Assembly (NCBI GenBank): GCA_951406725.2
Contig: OX597815.1
Span: 148,366,001 to 148,430,000, forward strand
Length of the DNA stretch: 64,000 nt
Reading direction: 5' to 3'
DNA from: Octopus vulgaris
Taxonomy: Eukaryota
A model generated the notes under the pieces. It was not told the origin of the DNA. It did not search any database and saw only the letters and a program-made list of their open reading frames with translations. The position numbers were made by a program, and so were the translations under genes. Positions 13,090 to 27,911 of this stretch are shown here, one piece after another; positions within the stretch are counted from its first letter, which is position 1, and the number at the start of each line of letters is the position of its first letter.

Positions 13090-14359
13090 TCACATATATG
13101 TTTTCCAAACATGCTAGAAAGTGTAAATATTTTTATGAAGTATTAGGAGTGAGTTCTATGAATTTGAAGTAAGATTATAAGCAGACTTTATATGTTTTCC
13201 AACAATGCACATTTTTTTTAAAAGTTTTTAAAATGATTATTAACTTCACAGAGAAGATAAATCCATCCATAAAGATGCAGATATAAGTTCCAGGAGACAT
13301 GAGGAAATATGCTGGTCACACACTGGTTCAGTTCACATCTAACTGTTGCAGACATAATTTTATAGTAGCAAGAACGACAGCGAGGTAGGTTTAGCCAAAG
13401 TAAAGGACATTATGGGAGAAACGGAGTGGGGGAGTAAGAGGGAATAAAGATATCACAGACGAAGGTTAGTCTATTTCTGTGGTGACAGAAAATCTAGGTC
13501 AGTGTTGAAGGAATCATAAATTCATAAAAGAACAGTAAGTTTGACCACCGCCAGCTCTGAACTAAGAAACTCACAGAGTTAATGGTGGGATAAATAATAC
13601 AGAGAGATCAAAGGAAAGCACTAAAGGGGTCATAGGTTATCAGTAGAGGAAGATACAGTAAGAAAGTTACGGATAATACTAGAATAGAAGGTTATTTATT
13701 TATTATTGTTTCTATTTCAACTTATGTTTAAATATTGTAAGAAAGAATTTAGGTCGAAATCTAGAGGTTAAATAAATTCAATAGCAAATGGTAGGGGAAT
13801 TTTACTTATTCAAAATTTATAGTGAAAATTAAATGCATCATTAAGGGAATAGTATTACATATTAAATTTAGAATAGAGTTAGGAAAGATTAGCAATTTAT
13901 ATGATTTAATTAAGGTTAATTAAATTGACTATAAAGTCAATTAAAAGTTAGCATAGTACAAATATTTATTTTTATATTAAAAAGGATCCAGGATCTTTTC
14001 CTTTTGATGGACGGAATTTTCTAGTTAACTAAACAATTTGAAAATTCGTATACTGGTAAAATGTATACAGGTACAGTTAGAAAGAACACCAGTGGGAGAA
14101 CTTACAGATTTCTATTTAAAATATTTTAGAGTTTTGATTTTTGAGTGATTACAAGACGCTGAACTCTATACGCTTATTCAGTAGATATTTATTTTTTCTA
14201 TGCTTAAGAATCTCATATGTCTCCATGGAACAGAGTTGACAACCCACTCTATTATTTCTATACGGTAATGCCTTTCTAACTATTTCCCATTTTAGGTTAT
14301 ATTTAATATTATTAGTTTTGAGTTCCCAAATTTTACTGGAAAGTGTGGTGCTGTAATAT

Positions 14360-15130
<771 letters not shown>

Positions 15131-15131
<1 letters not shown>

Positions 15132-15695
15132 CCTTAAATCCTTAAAAATGTTTTAGCCCGAAGGCCACGGCCATGATGGGGCACCACCGCTGAATGAGCT
15201 ACACTAGTTTGTGAATCCACCTCTGATACGTGGCACTTGATCAACAAGGGAGTTCGATGCTGCTGCCCGCATCCGTGTCTCCTGTCGTGAGGTAGGTTCA
15301 TCTGGGACTCCCAACAAGAAGAGATCCAGTTTAGTTTTAAAGAAACCCACATCCACACCATGTAAGTCTCTCAGGCATTTAGGGAGGATGTTAAAGAGCT
15401 GTGGTCCTCTGAAACCCAAGCTGTTGAAGTATCTGGACCTGTATTTTGATGGTGATGTTGGAATCCTTGGCACCACGCAGCGGCGCCCGTTCTGCGGTTG
15501 GAGTAACTTTGAATGCCAAAGTTTGGGACAAGACCCTCCAGGATTTTTCCAGATGTATATCACTGCATATCTCTCCCGCCTCCGCTCCAGGGAGAAGAGG
15601 TTTAATACCTTCAGTCTTTCCCAGTAGCTGACATTTTGCATTGAGACGATTTTCTTTGTGTAGCTTCTCTGAGTTGCTTCGAGTTCTGCTGTTTG
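15131..15695 (-). mobile_element. CR1-group LINE 3' fragment
   Basis: [21 protein letters not shown]...[29 protein letters not shown], homologous to the 3' end of 9571-12615; shares the 3' UTR motif. Confidence 0.9.
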
Positions 15696-15780
15696 TTATA
15701 TATGTATATATGTATATATATATATATATGTATATATATATGTATATATATATGTATATATATATGTATATATATATGTA

Positions 15781-15811
<31 letters not shown>

Positions 15812-16075
15812 ATATATATATATATGTATATATATGTATATATATATATTCATATATGTATATATATATATACATATATATATATATACATATATATATA
15901 CATATATATATACATATATATATATACATATATATATACATATATATATATATATACATATATATATATTCATATATATATACATATATATATATACATA
16001 TATTTATATATATGTACATATATTTATATATATATACATATATATATATATACATATATCTATATATATATACAC

Positions 16076-16109
<34 letters not shown>

Positions 16110-16163
16110 ATACATATATTTATATATATATATTTATATATATATAAGACAGCAAATAAATAA

Positions 16164-16199
<36 letters not shown>

Positions 16200-16202
<3 letters not shown>

Positions 16203-17672
16203 CTTTGATAGGTTTCGGCCATTATTGGCCCAGGCCATGTCTAACTTAATAGCACCACCTGGTGAAGTCTTTCAAGTCAGAATTTGGGCACTATGGCCCA
16301 CTCAAGTAGAGAGTTATTGTTTACAGAGATATATCCGGGTGTAGGGGGTTTATCCGGGATTTCTTGAAGGAATCTGTCCAAAGACTTCTTGAACCCTATA
16401 GGGTCAGTTTCTGTTTTAATGGGTTTTGGTGTAATGTTAAAGAGAGCGGGGCCAATTGAGGTGAAATAATTGTGCCGTATTGTTGTTATGAGATGAGAGT
16501 GCGATTTTTGTTTTGGGCGGATGGCACGGGGCCCAAGCCTTGGATGTACCTTAAAGGTGATGCCATCATCATATGGGCAATGCTGATGGAATATTTTCCA
16601 CATCATGCAGATGATGTAGCGCTCACGACGACGTTGGAGAGAATAGAGTTTTAGCTTTTCTAGTCGACCCCAATAGTCGAGGCCAGTCATGCCATCTATC
16701 TTTTTTGTGATTGCCCTTTGAGGTGCTTCAACTTTTATGATACCTTGTATTGTGTGGGGAGACCACAGTGGACAACAGTATTCAAGGTGGGGTCGGGCAA
16801 ATGTGGAGAAGAGAAGGATAATGGTGTGGATATCTCTCGACTGGAAAGTTCTGAGAATCCAGGAACATATTCTGCGGGCCATGTCAACTTTGGTGTTTAT
16901 ATGAGTGGCCCAGCTTATGTTGTTGTCCACAATTACTCCCAAGTCTCTGATGTTGTTGGACGCCGCGAGAGTTTCACCTGAAGGAAGGGAGTATGGGAGT
17001 TTCAGGGCATCCTCTTTTCCAAAGTGGATTAGCTCAAATTTATCCTCGTTCAGCAGCATATTGTTTTTTTCTGCCCATTGGATAACAGCCAGTAGATCTG
17101 ACTGAAGGCATGTCCGGTCACTCGCCTCATTTATGACCTTCTGTAGCTTGGAGTCATCTGCAAAGATTTTTATGTTGCTGTGCTTGATGATGTCATTAAT
17201 GTCATTAATGTAAATGATGAAAAGAAGTGGGCCCAGCACAGTGCCTTGCGGAACGCCACTACTGACTTTGGCTGGGCTTGATTTTACCCCTTCAACTACA
17301 ACATGTTGAGATCTGTCTGTCAGGAAACACTTGATCCATTTCAGTAACTTTCCAGAGACACCAATGTTGGATTGTTTTTTCAATAGGATCTTGTGATCGA
17401 CCCTTTCGAAGGCCTTACTGAAATCAAGGTAGATGACATCGGTGTTGGAGCCCTCTCCCAAAGCTCTCAAAATGTCCTCAAAGTGATGCAGGAGCTGCGT
17501 TAGGCAGTCCCTTCCATTACGGAACCCATGTTGGTTGGAGATCAGCCGTCTGTTGCTTTCCAGAAATTGGGTTATTCGAGATCTCACCACCCTTTCAAAT
17601 ACCTTGATGATATGAGAGGTGAGTGAGATCGGACGGTAATTCACTGCAAGGGACTTGTTTCCCTTTTTGAAA
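16200..17672 (-). mobile_element. CR1-group LINE, 5'-truncated, uninterrupted RT C-terminal ORF (455 aa, 16277-17644)
   Basis: [49 protein letters not shown]. Flanked by (TA)n. Confidence 0.93.
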
Positions 17673-17724
17673 CATATATTTATATATATATTTATATATA
17701 TATATATATATACATATATTTATA

Positions 17725-17778
<54 letters not shown>

Positions 17779-18415
17779 CATGTGCGAAGACATATCTGTA
17801 ATAACATTTCGCCATTAAAATATATATTAGAAACAATTTCATAAGTTCTATACTGAATTATACTCCAGGGTGTGAAATTAAAAGTCAATTAGCTCGAGGA
17901 AAACGAGAATTCACAGTTTTAAGTTGGTGTAAATTAAAATAAAATGAGAACATTTGGGAAAGAGAGCAGATTCGAGATTGTAAACGGATAATAAATCTAT
18001 TCTTAAGTGACTATTATCTGTTCATCAGAAATCGATCTCATTAAAAACAAATCATATCACAGCTATTAAGCAATGTGCAAGCTGCAACAGTGGATCGAGT
18101 GATAATATATAGTATGTTAAATCTTTTTCAGAAACTGGCCCATTGCAAATGCTTCAGGAATCCATGAGGAAATCTTAAATTGCTGGAATTAAATACTCTC
18201 TGATTTTTTTGAAGTTTATCCTTTTAATAATTATACACTTCTTCTTGAAAACAATATTGCATATCAATATTTGCGCATTTATTTTCTTCTTACGTGAACT
18301 CGTTTGCTTTCTCAGTAAGTTATCTATATATCAATTTATAGCAACCATCAGTAAATAACGCACTCTCATATACACATACGCTCGCGCACATGCATATACA
18401 CACATATAAACATAA

Positions 18416-18469
<54 letters not shown>

Positions 18470-18670
18470 CTATGTGTGTATGTACATGACGAAATAAAGA
18501 ATATTGATGCTTTAAGCATGGTTTACATATAAGTGCTAACCCTTGAGCGTTTCCCAATGAATATTTTCCAAACAAACGACATATCCATAATATCTAGCCA
18601 ATAGCAATAAATAGGCATCCTGTTTCACCTGCTTTTGTTATTCTGTGATCTCAACATATGATTCCATATA

Positions 18671-19095
18671 CTCTCTTTTTCTCCTTCAAACTTTTACTTG
18701 TTTCAGTTATTTGACTGCGGCCATGCTGGATCACCGCGTTTAGTCGAGCAATTCGACACCAGTACTTATTGGTTGGAAGCTTAGTACTTATTCTATCGGT
18801 ATTTTTTGCTGAACCGCTAGGTAACGGGGACGTAAACATATCAGCATTGGTCGTCAAGCAATGTTGGGGGGGGGGGCAAACACAGACACACAAACACATA
18901 CACACTCAGTCACATATGTAAATACACATATATGACGGGCTTCTTTCAGTTTCCGTCTAATAAATCCACTCACAAAGGTTTGGTCGCCCCGAGGATACAG
19001 CAGAAGACACTTTCCCAAGGTGCCACGCAGTGGGACTGAACCCAGAACCATGTGGCTTGTAAGCAATCTTGTTACCACATAGCCACTCCTTCGCC
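18671..19095 (-). mobile_element. SINE family A
   Basis: Reverse-complement homolog of 8970-9354. Confidence 0.87.
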
Positions 19096-19799
19096 TTCTG
19101 TAAAAATTAGAAATGTTGCTGTCTTCGAATGAAATTAACTCATCCAACTCCATGCTTTTTTAAACTTGAGTCTGCCCAAAATGTGTTTATCTAGATCTGT
19201 CTTTTGTCATGGACTTGCATTTGAAAGGGTCGGATCTGAAATGCAATTTCATTGATGTGAAACAGGGAAATCAGATTTATATACGTCAGTCTGAAATAAA
19301 ATTACTACGAATAAAATTATGTTGAACTATGAATTTCACAGATTGAAGAAACACAAACGAATACCTCACGCAGCACACCAAGGGAAAAATCGAGCAAAAA
19401 GGGGCGAGTGTGCACAATAGTAATACATAGAAACTGTACATCCGAGGAGATTCACTCACACATACGCACATATAGTTATACATACACATATCCAAGCGTC
19501 TGTAAGTATATATATAGATCGTTAGCCACTACATACATTGTTTTCTCTCCTGGTTTCTCTCCTTGTTTTCTGTGTCCCTTTCTGTAGAAGAGCGTAGGCT
19601 CGAAACGTAAAACACTGTTTTCTATTCCTGAGCGTTATACTAATACATCTGTTTATATTGTACAACACCTGTCTTCGTCTATTGTTTTTTCGTGAACTTT
19701 CCCTATATATATATACATACATGTGTGTGTATGTATGTATACATATATATGTGCAGGTAAGCATATATGTATACATATACAAGTATACACGTATGCACA

Positions 19800-19975
19800 A
19801 GGCCTTTGGAGAAGTGAGTAATTCAATTACTCCCTTCAACTGTTACTTATTTATCGACCTCGAATGGCTGAAAGACAAAGTAGAACATGCCGTATTTGAA
19901 CTCAGAATGCGAAGATGACGTAATGCTGCTAATTATTTTGCCCGGGGTGGTAATATTTCTGTTATGTCACCGACT
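19800..19975 (-). mobile_element. Degenerate SINE family B fragment
   Basis: Contains tttatcgacc...atttgaactcagaa, shared with 36501-36729. Confidence 0.6.
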
Positions 19976-20379
19976 TACTTTGTCATGTGTATTGATATAA
20001 TTTCAGTGGCCTAGTCTGTCTGAGCAAATCACAGACTGGTTGTAATTATTTTTCTTATTTTTAATTAATGAATTTTTTAATTAATTTTTTATTCTTAAAA
20101 CACAAAACTGTAAAAAATATTAACGTTGTTTTCTTTTCAGACAATATTTTGTGAGAGTCTTTTCAATATATTTAATTTCGAATAAATGAACATCAACGTA
20201 TGAATGACAGATACGATCATTGATTGTGTAAGTTGTACTGAGAAGCATGTGCTTACGATCGATGCTAGTCAACAGATTCTAATGTGACTGGGTATTTAAA
20301 GATTTATACATCTCTATTTATGTATATGTGAGTGTGTATGTGTGTGTTTGTGTGCATGTGTGATTGTGTGGGTGTGGGC

Positions 20380-20435
<56 letters not shown>

Positions 20436-20817
20436 AGCGAGAGAAAGAGACAGAGAGAGCGAGAAAGAGAGACAGAGAGTAAATAGCTAAGGTTACCGGA
20501 GTGTACAGATGGTGTATTGCTGAGGAGCGCTATCAACACTGTCAGAAACCAAGCCAAAGCCAGAAGTATTCTGCAGTAGAAAATCTAAATTTCAAGACGA
20601 TTATACAGTCTTATGATTTGGCGAATATTAAATAATTGGAAGAAAAAATTAAGACAAATAAAATTCATTAACGCATGTTCCGTACCATCTCCGTTCGCCT
20701 AGAAGCTTATGGTTAGTTTGGGTGTCACAAAAGGACTGTGGGGGTTACCCGGTATCTGAAACGAAATAAGAGGAAACAGGTAACTGCCAGAGCATAAACT
20801 CATATATGTAAATACAT

Positions 20818-20878
<61 letters not shown>

Positions 20879-20893
20879 TATGCGCCTGTGTAA

Positions 20894-20926
<33 letters not shown>

Positions 20927-20930
<4 letters not shown>

Positions 20931-21990
20931 GCTGGCAACTAAGTTCCAGCCATTTTCTTAAATGTAAAATGATTAAAATGTTTAATAAAAAACGATAACT
21001 AATTAATCAATAATTGGTAGAAATCACCCGAATTCGAATCGAAAAATTCATCCAACCAAGTTCTCAATTCTGCGTCAGCATTGAACGAAACTCCGCGAAT
21101 AGCATTTGAAAGTGATCGAAAGAGTTGGAAATCCATTGGTGCCAAATCAGAAGAGTACATGGCTGTGGAAGCACTTCCCAGCCATGTGTTTACGTAGCTT
21201 GCTTGGTCATATTGGCGATATGAGGACGGGCGTTGCCGTGGAGCAGAACTCCATGCTACCGATTAGGTCTTTTCTCTTGAATAGCCGTGTTAAGACGTTC
21301 CATCTGTTGAACAGAGAGCTCCGCGTTGACCGTTTGGTTCCGTTCAAGCAATTCATAAGGGACAATCCTTCCCATTCCCACCATACGCACAACATTGTTT
21401 TATGCGGATGAAAATCTTGATTCACGCGCTGTGCCGCTTGTTTACTGGGCTAAGTCATTCCTTACGCTGCTTCATATTGATGTACAAACACCATTTTTCG
21501 TCGCCAGTAACGATTCGGCGGTAAGGAAATCGTTGCTCGTGTCCATGCGTTGAGCGGTAACGAGCAAGATAACCAGATTTCTGCTGTTATCACTTAAAGC
21601 ATGCGGAACCCATGCTCCATGCTTCTGAATCTTTCCCATCGAGTGAAGCTGCTTCTCTATAGCAGTGTGGGAGCATTTTCTGTCAGTTCCCCTGTCGTTT
21701 GACGAGTATTTTCGTGCAAATGTTGGTTTAATCGCTCTTCATCGAACTCAACTGGACGGTCCAAACGAGATGCGTTTTGAGGTCAAAATTTCCATTTTTG
21801 AACTTGGCATACCTATCACGAGCGGTTCTTTCATTTACGGCACTCTCTCCATATACACCACAAATGTCGCGAGAAGCTTTTTCGGCCTTAGAACGTTGAT
21901 CCAAAGCAAAATTTAGGAGGTGTCGAAAATGCTCGTTTTCTGAACTTGACATTCCATTTTAATGATCTGAAAATAAATACAAATTAACTA
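20927..21990 (-). mobile_element. Tc1/mariner transposon relic
   Basis: MSSSENEHFRHLL..KAEKASRDICGVYG..ERTARD..KFKNGNFDL (HTH), IVTGDEKWCLY, HPHKTMLCVWW, LFRSL. TIR-like ttaggctggcaactaagttc next to TA at 20927. Confidence 0.88.
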
Positions 21991-22099
21991 AAATTTGAAA
22001 CATTTTTTGCAATTGTCTGATAATACAGACATAGTCTTGCCCAAATGTATCAATGAATTAACATTGATATGTTTTTCACCATTGTTATAATCATCTGAA

Positions 22100-23075
22100 A
22101 TGGAACTGTCAAAGCACGATATTCGAGCTATTCAACTTCACAAAAGGAGGCAAAGCAACTGAAACAGCCTGCGATATCGTCGAAACAGTTCTTTAGAAAA
22201 TGACCAGCGTGTACCCAGCTCGAAAATGGTTTAAATGATCTCACAGTGGAAACCTGCGTCTTGAAGCGTAGTGGACGCCCATCTGTCATCCATAACAGTC
22301 AATAAAGACCGTCATAGAGAAAGGTCAACGGCAAACCACTCAAGAACTGGCAAAAGAACTTCAAGTTAGCCAGAAAATAGCCTGCAACCATTTTCATGCG
22401 ATTCGAAAATCAAAACAGTTCAACAAATGGGTACCATCCAATTTCAATGGAAATCAGAAAATTCGCAGATATGAAATTTGCTCGTCGCTTCTTCTCCATA
22501 ACTTCTTCTCATTTTTAATCGTATTGTAACTTGCGATGAAGACAGGACTCTGTACAATAAGAAAATACGTTTTTTGCAGTAGACGGACAAACATGAAGCA
22601 CTAAAAACATTCCCTAAACCCAAGCTCTTCAAAAGGAATGTTATGGTGACTGTTCAGTGGTGTACTGCTGGACGTATCCACCATAACTTCTTAAAATCCG
22701 GAAAAACCAATACTGCAGAAACATATTGCATTCAATTACCAAAATGAACAGAAAACTACTAATCTTCCGTCCTAGACTCGTCATCAGAATAGGGTCAAAC
22801 ATTCTTCATGACAATGCTCACCACAGATTTCCCTAATGACGGTCTAGAAATTGAGGGCACTTGGTTACGACGTTCTGCTTCATCTAACTTCTTCTCCAGA
22901 CCTATATCCTGCTGAGTATCACTTTTGAAAGCACCTTGATAGTTTCCTGTGAAAAAAGGTGTTCAAAAAAATTTGGTCAGCTCCAGAACTCCAGATTTTT
23001 TTATACCTGAAAAACAAACTTCTAATTCGTTGGTAAATATGTGTTGATTGCAATGGTACTTATATGGTGAATAAA
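22100..23075 (+). mobile_element. Second, more degraded mariner transposase relic
   Basis: MELSKHDIRAI..., SGRPS, KWVP, RIVTCDE, PKPKL, VMVTV.W...G, ILHDNA, SPDLYPAEYHF, broken by many frameshifts. Confidence 0.83.
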
Positions 23076-23123
23076 ATTTCTGCATTGTTGATATTAGCAA
23101 AGTATTAATAAGACGCACAGGGA

Positions 23124-23171
<48 letters not shown>

Positions 23172-23410
23172 AAAAGAAAGAGAGAAAGAAGAAAAGGATG
23201 TTCTGATTTTCGAGAAAAGATCTTCTTCAGAAAGAGGAGACAGAGAAAATTCCAACAGAAAAGAAAGGCAGAAGAAAAAATCGCCAACTGTCCACATGCA
23301 GTCACATATTGGAATGAGCGGGAGTGGAGGGACAAAGCAAAAGTTCTTTCTAAGAGAGGAAAGTGTAACAGAGGGAGGTATCTGCGTGTATATGTGGGTA
23401 TGTGCGCGCC

Positions 23411-23445
<35 letters not shown>

Positions 23446-23477
23446 CACATCCATTCATACATACAGACATACAGATG

Positions 23478-23790
23478 ACTGAGGCCATGCTGGACTACGG
23501 CCTTGAAGTTTGTTAGTCAAAGAAATCGAACCCAGGACTTATTCTTTGTGAGCGTAATACTCATTCTCTCGATGAATTTTGCCGAACCCCTAACATAAGC
23601 ATACCCCGCTCGATTGTCAAATGAAGGCGACACACACATACACAAACACACACACACACACACACGCACTCAAACTCACATACATATATACGACGATCTT
23701 CTACTTTTCGTCTACCAAATGCACTCACAAGGCTTTGGTCGGGGAATATACCGGGACCCATGTGGTAGGGAAGCAAGCTTCTTACCACAG
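23478..23790 (-). mobile_element. SINE family A, degraded and internally deleted
   Basis: Matching blocks gccatgctgg, gccgaacc, cgtctaccaaat..cactcacaaggctttggtc, accatgtgg..cttaccaca. Confidence 0.75.
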
Positions 23791-24326
23791 ATACAGATAG
23801 AAACAGACAGACAGAGACAGATTGTGAGAAGTGAGGGAGAGATAGAAAGAGAATGGAACCTATTGATTTAGTTATAGTTATGTTCATGTATCCAATAGCA
23901 GGGAGTGTGTGTGTGGGTGGGTTCTTATAGTTTTAACAGTTTAGCAAATTTTACAGGAATTTTATTGCAGATATGCTATAAATTTACCAGCCTCCCTAAG
24001 TGGAGTAAAATCCACAAGCATGTTTTGCGTTTATAACATTTCTCTAGACGGGAGATATCACATAAATGAAATATTACAAATCTGACGAGATTTTCAGAAG
24101 ATGCATAATGTTACCCAGATATTAAATCATTTTTGCCGTATATAGTATGCGGTCTTCATTTATTGTTGGTAAACTCATGGGGAGATACATTTTCACAATT
24201 TCTCAACTCTACACGCCCAACATTGATCAAATTTTACAGAGATTCAAGCTGCGTTTGATTTATTCGTGTATTGTGAACTTTCCGTTTATATTCTGAAACT
24301 TCTCTACGGTAATAAATATAAATTTA

Positions 24327-24383
<57 letters not shown>

Positions 24384-24402
24384 TGTATACACACATATAT
24401 AT

Positions 24403-24509
<107 letters not shown>

Positions 24510-24534
24510 TATATAACATATATATATATATATA

Positions 24535-25044
<510 letters not shown>

Positions 25045-25409
25045 TATATATATATATATATATACACATACATACACACATATACTAGCAGAAATACTCG
25101 GCGTTGCCCGATTTAAAGAAAATAATGAAATTTAAGTATTCCATTTAAATCTCAAAGTAAAATGAAACATGGATTATACAGATTATAAGACGAATTGAAT
25201 TTTCCGAAAATCCTCCGAAAACACTTCACCCACCCCCAGTACCTTGTACATTCGGAACCTACATGATATAACATATATTCGTACAAACTTTCAATTATAT
25301 ACTTTCCATTTTTCTGAAAGTTATGATTATCGAACATCGGAGGGTGAGGCAGATATCTGTAGCTATGCCTTGTTGACAATTGATCAATTAAATGAAATCC
25401 CCGTATGAA

Positions 25410-25474
<65 letters not shown>

Positions 25475-26220
25475 ACACACACACACACACACACACAGGT
25501 ATAGATCTTACACAAATGGAAAGTCGGAGAATATAAAAAATGAAATTAACTTTTGGAATTCATTTTTATCTGAGATCATAACAACTGCTATGCTGTATAC
25601 ATACGCCTGTGTGTGTCTGTGTGTCTAAATAGCTGGTTACTCAATGACTAAGTTGAAATGGACAAAACAATTACGTGAAAGTGTTAATAAGTCGATTTGC
25701 CGCAAGAATAATCACATAGGATTTAATTGTGAAATATCAAGTTTTAATAAGGCGACTTTTTGCAAAAATCCGAAATATGTATTGGAAAACCAATGTACAA
25801 TATATAGTACCTCATTTAATTGAGAAAAAAAGTCGTCTATCTCCGTATGAAACTTTTTTTCTGATATGAAAGTACATTTAGATACCGTCACGACTGTAAG
25901 GATGTATACGTACGTATGTATGGAAATAGCTGGTTAGGAAGACAAGGACAGGAAGCTCAAACACTGGAAGTTGAGAAAAAGATATGAAGAAGTGAATCTT
26001 TATATATAAAGCAATATTATTTATTTTTTAATTAAAAAAATACATCAAGAACATATACTTTCGAAGGTCAAATTATTCATGTAACCCAAGTTGGTACGGA
26101 TTGATGTAGAGGGATGAGCGTGATTTGAGGACCCTCACATAGACAGGGTATTCTATATATGAATATGTATGTACCTGTATATATGTATGTATATATATTT
26201 ACATCTATCTATCAGTCTGT

Positions 26221-26285
<65 letters not shown>

Positions 26286-26286
26286 A

Positions 26287-26468
<182 letters not shown>

Positions 26469-26494
26469 CATATATTTATACATATATATATACA

Positions 26495-27859
26495 TAGTGA
26501 ATTGAAGAAATGGAGTTGAACGAAGATTGAACAGAAATCGTTTTATTGCATTCTACACGTGTTTCGAAAGGCACAATTTACCAAATTCCGATTGAATAAG
26601 GAGACCATATTGTGTCTTTCTCTTCAGAGGCGGAGCAAAACAAATCGAATGAGGCTCCTAAGAGCCCATGGCCAAACTGTTTATCAAAGTATGTTGAAAA
26701 CGGGTGGTGGGTGTGTTGAAGATTTTAACGGGTCAGGCAGCGGTCATTCCAGTGGGTGAGAGCACGTGGTGCTTAGATGTTCTTTGTGACCGAGACTAAA
26801 GTTCTGACTATTTAAAGAATATTAGGTGTATTATATGGGGCGAGGCAAAATCTATTTAGAAACATGTGTGTGTGTACGTAAACAGCCCTACACAATGGTC
26901 ACTGCTGTAAAATCAGTAATGGTCACTGCTGTAAAATCAGTCGGGTGGCAGAAAAATATTTTATGTGTGCGTGTGTTCGTCTAATCATGCCTTGTCAAAG
27001 AAACCCCCCGTCTTGCTTATAAATAACGCTTATAAATAATACCTGCACCCGGTTACACTACTTATATGAAAATAGCCCTTAGAAAAAAATTCTAAAATAG
27101 CTTTTAAGAGAAATATGATTAACCATTGCAAGGGGAATTACTCCTGGGAGACGAATGGTGGTTTTTGACTACGGGGGGTTTCTTTGACAAGGCATGATTA
27201 GACGAACACACGCACACATAAAATATTTTTCTGCCACCCGACTGATTTTACAGCAGTGACCATTGTGTAGGGCTGTTTACGTACACACACACATGTTTCT
27301 AAATAGATTTTGCCTCGCCCCATATAATACACCTAATATTCTTTAAATAGTCAGAACTTTAGTCTCGGTCACAAAGAACATCTAAGCACCCCGTGCTCTC
27401 ACCCACTGAAATGACCGCTGCCTGACCCGTTAAAATCTTCAACGCACCCACCACCCGTTTTCAACATACTTTGATAAACAGTTTGGCCACGGGCTCTTAG
27501 GAGCCTCGTTCGATTTGTTTTGCTCCGCCTCTGTTCTGTTTTTGTTTTTTCCAACGGATTTCCTATTTCTTCCTGAAGAGAAAGACACAATATGGTCTCC
27601 TTATTCAATCGGAATTAGGTAAATTGTGCCTTTCGAAACACGTGTAGAATGCAATAAAACGATTTCTGTTCAATCTTCGTTCAACTCCATTTCTTTAATT
27701 CACTAATAATATTAAAATTCAATTATCCGCACCAACGCACGGTTGCAACACCATAGGGTTGTACCTCCAACCGTGCTGGCTTCTGCTGTGATTTTTGCTA
27801 CCAAGGTATCGGTTAAACTTTTGATTAATCTGCAACAAGATTATTCATCTTTCTATTTC

Positions 27860-27863
<4 letters not shown>
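26495..27863. mobile_element. Non-coding PLE/retrozyme-like element forming a ~520-bp inverted repeat
   Basis: 26495-27011 is the reverse complement of 27171-27705 (159-bp spacer). Each arm holds an HHR. The right arm runs on to (TA)n at ~27863. Confidence 0.85.
27570..27649 (+). ncRNA. Minimal type I hammerhead ribozyme
   Basis: ttc-CTGAAGA-gaaagacacaat...attgtgcctttc-GAAA-CACGTG-TA-gaa: canonical core, 11/12-bp stem II, palindromic stem III. Confidence 0.87.

Positions 27864-27911
<48 letters not shown>

Noticed and set aside
26559-27608. Paired similar ORFs (66 aa +, 69 aa -)
   Set aside because: A by-product of the inverted repeat; they lie antisense to the HHR and show no protein motif.
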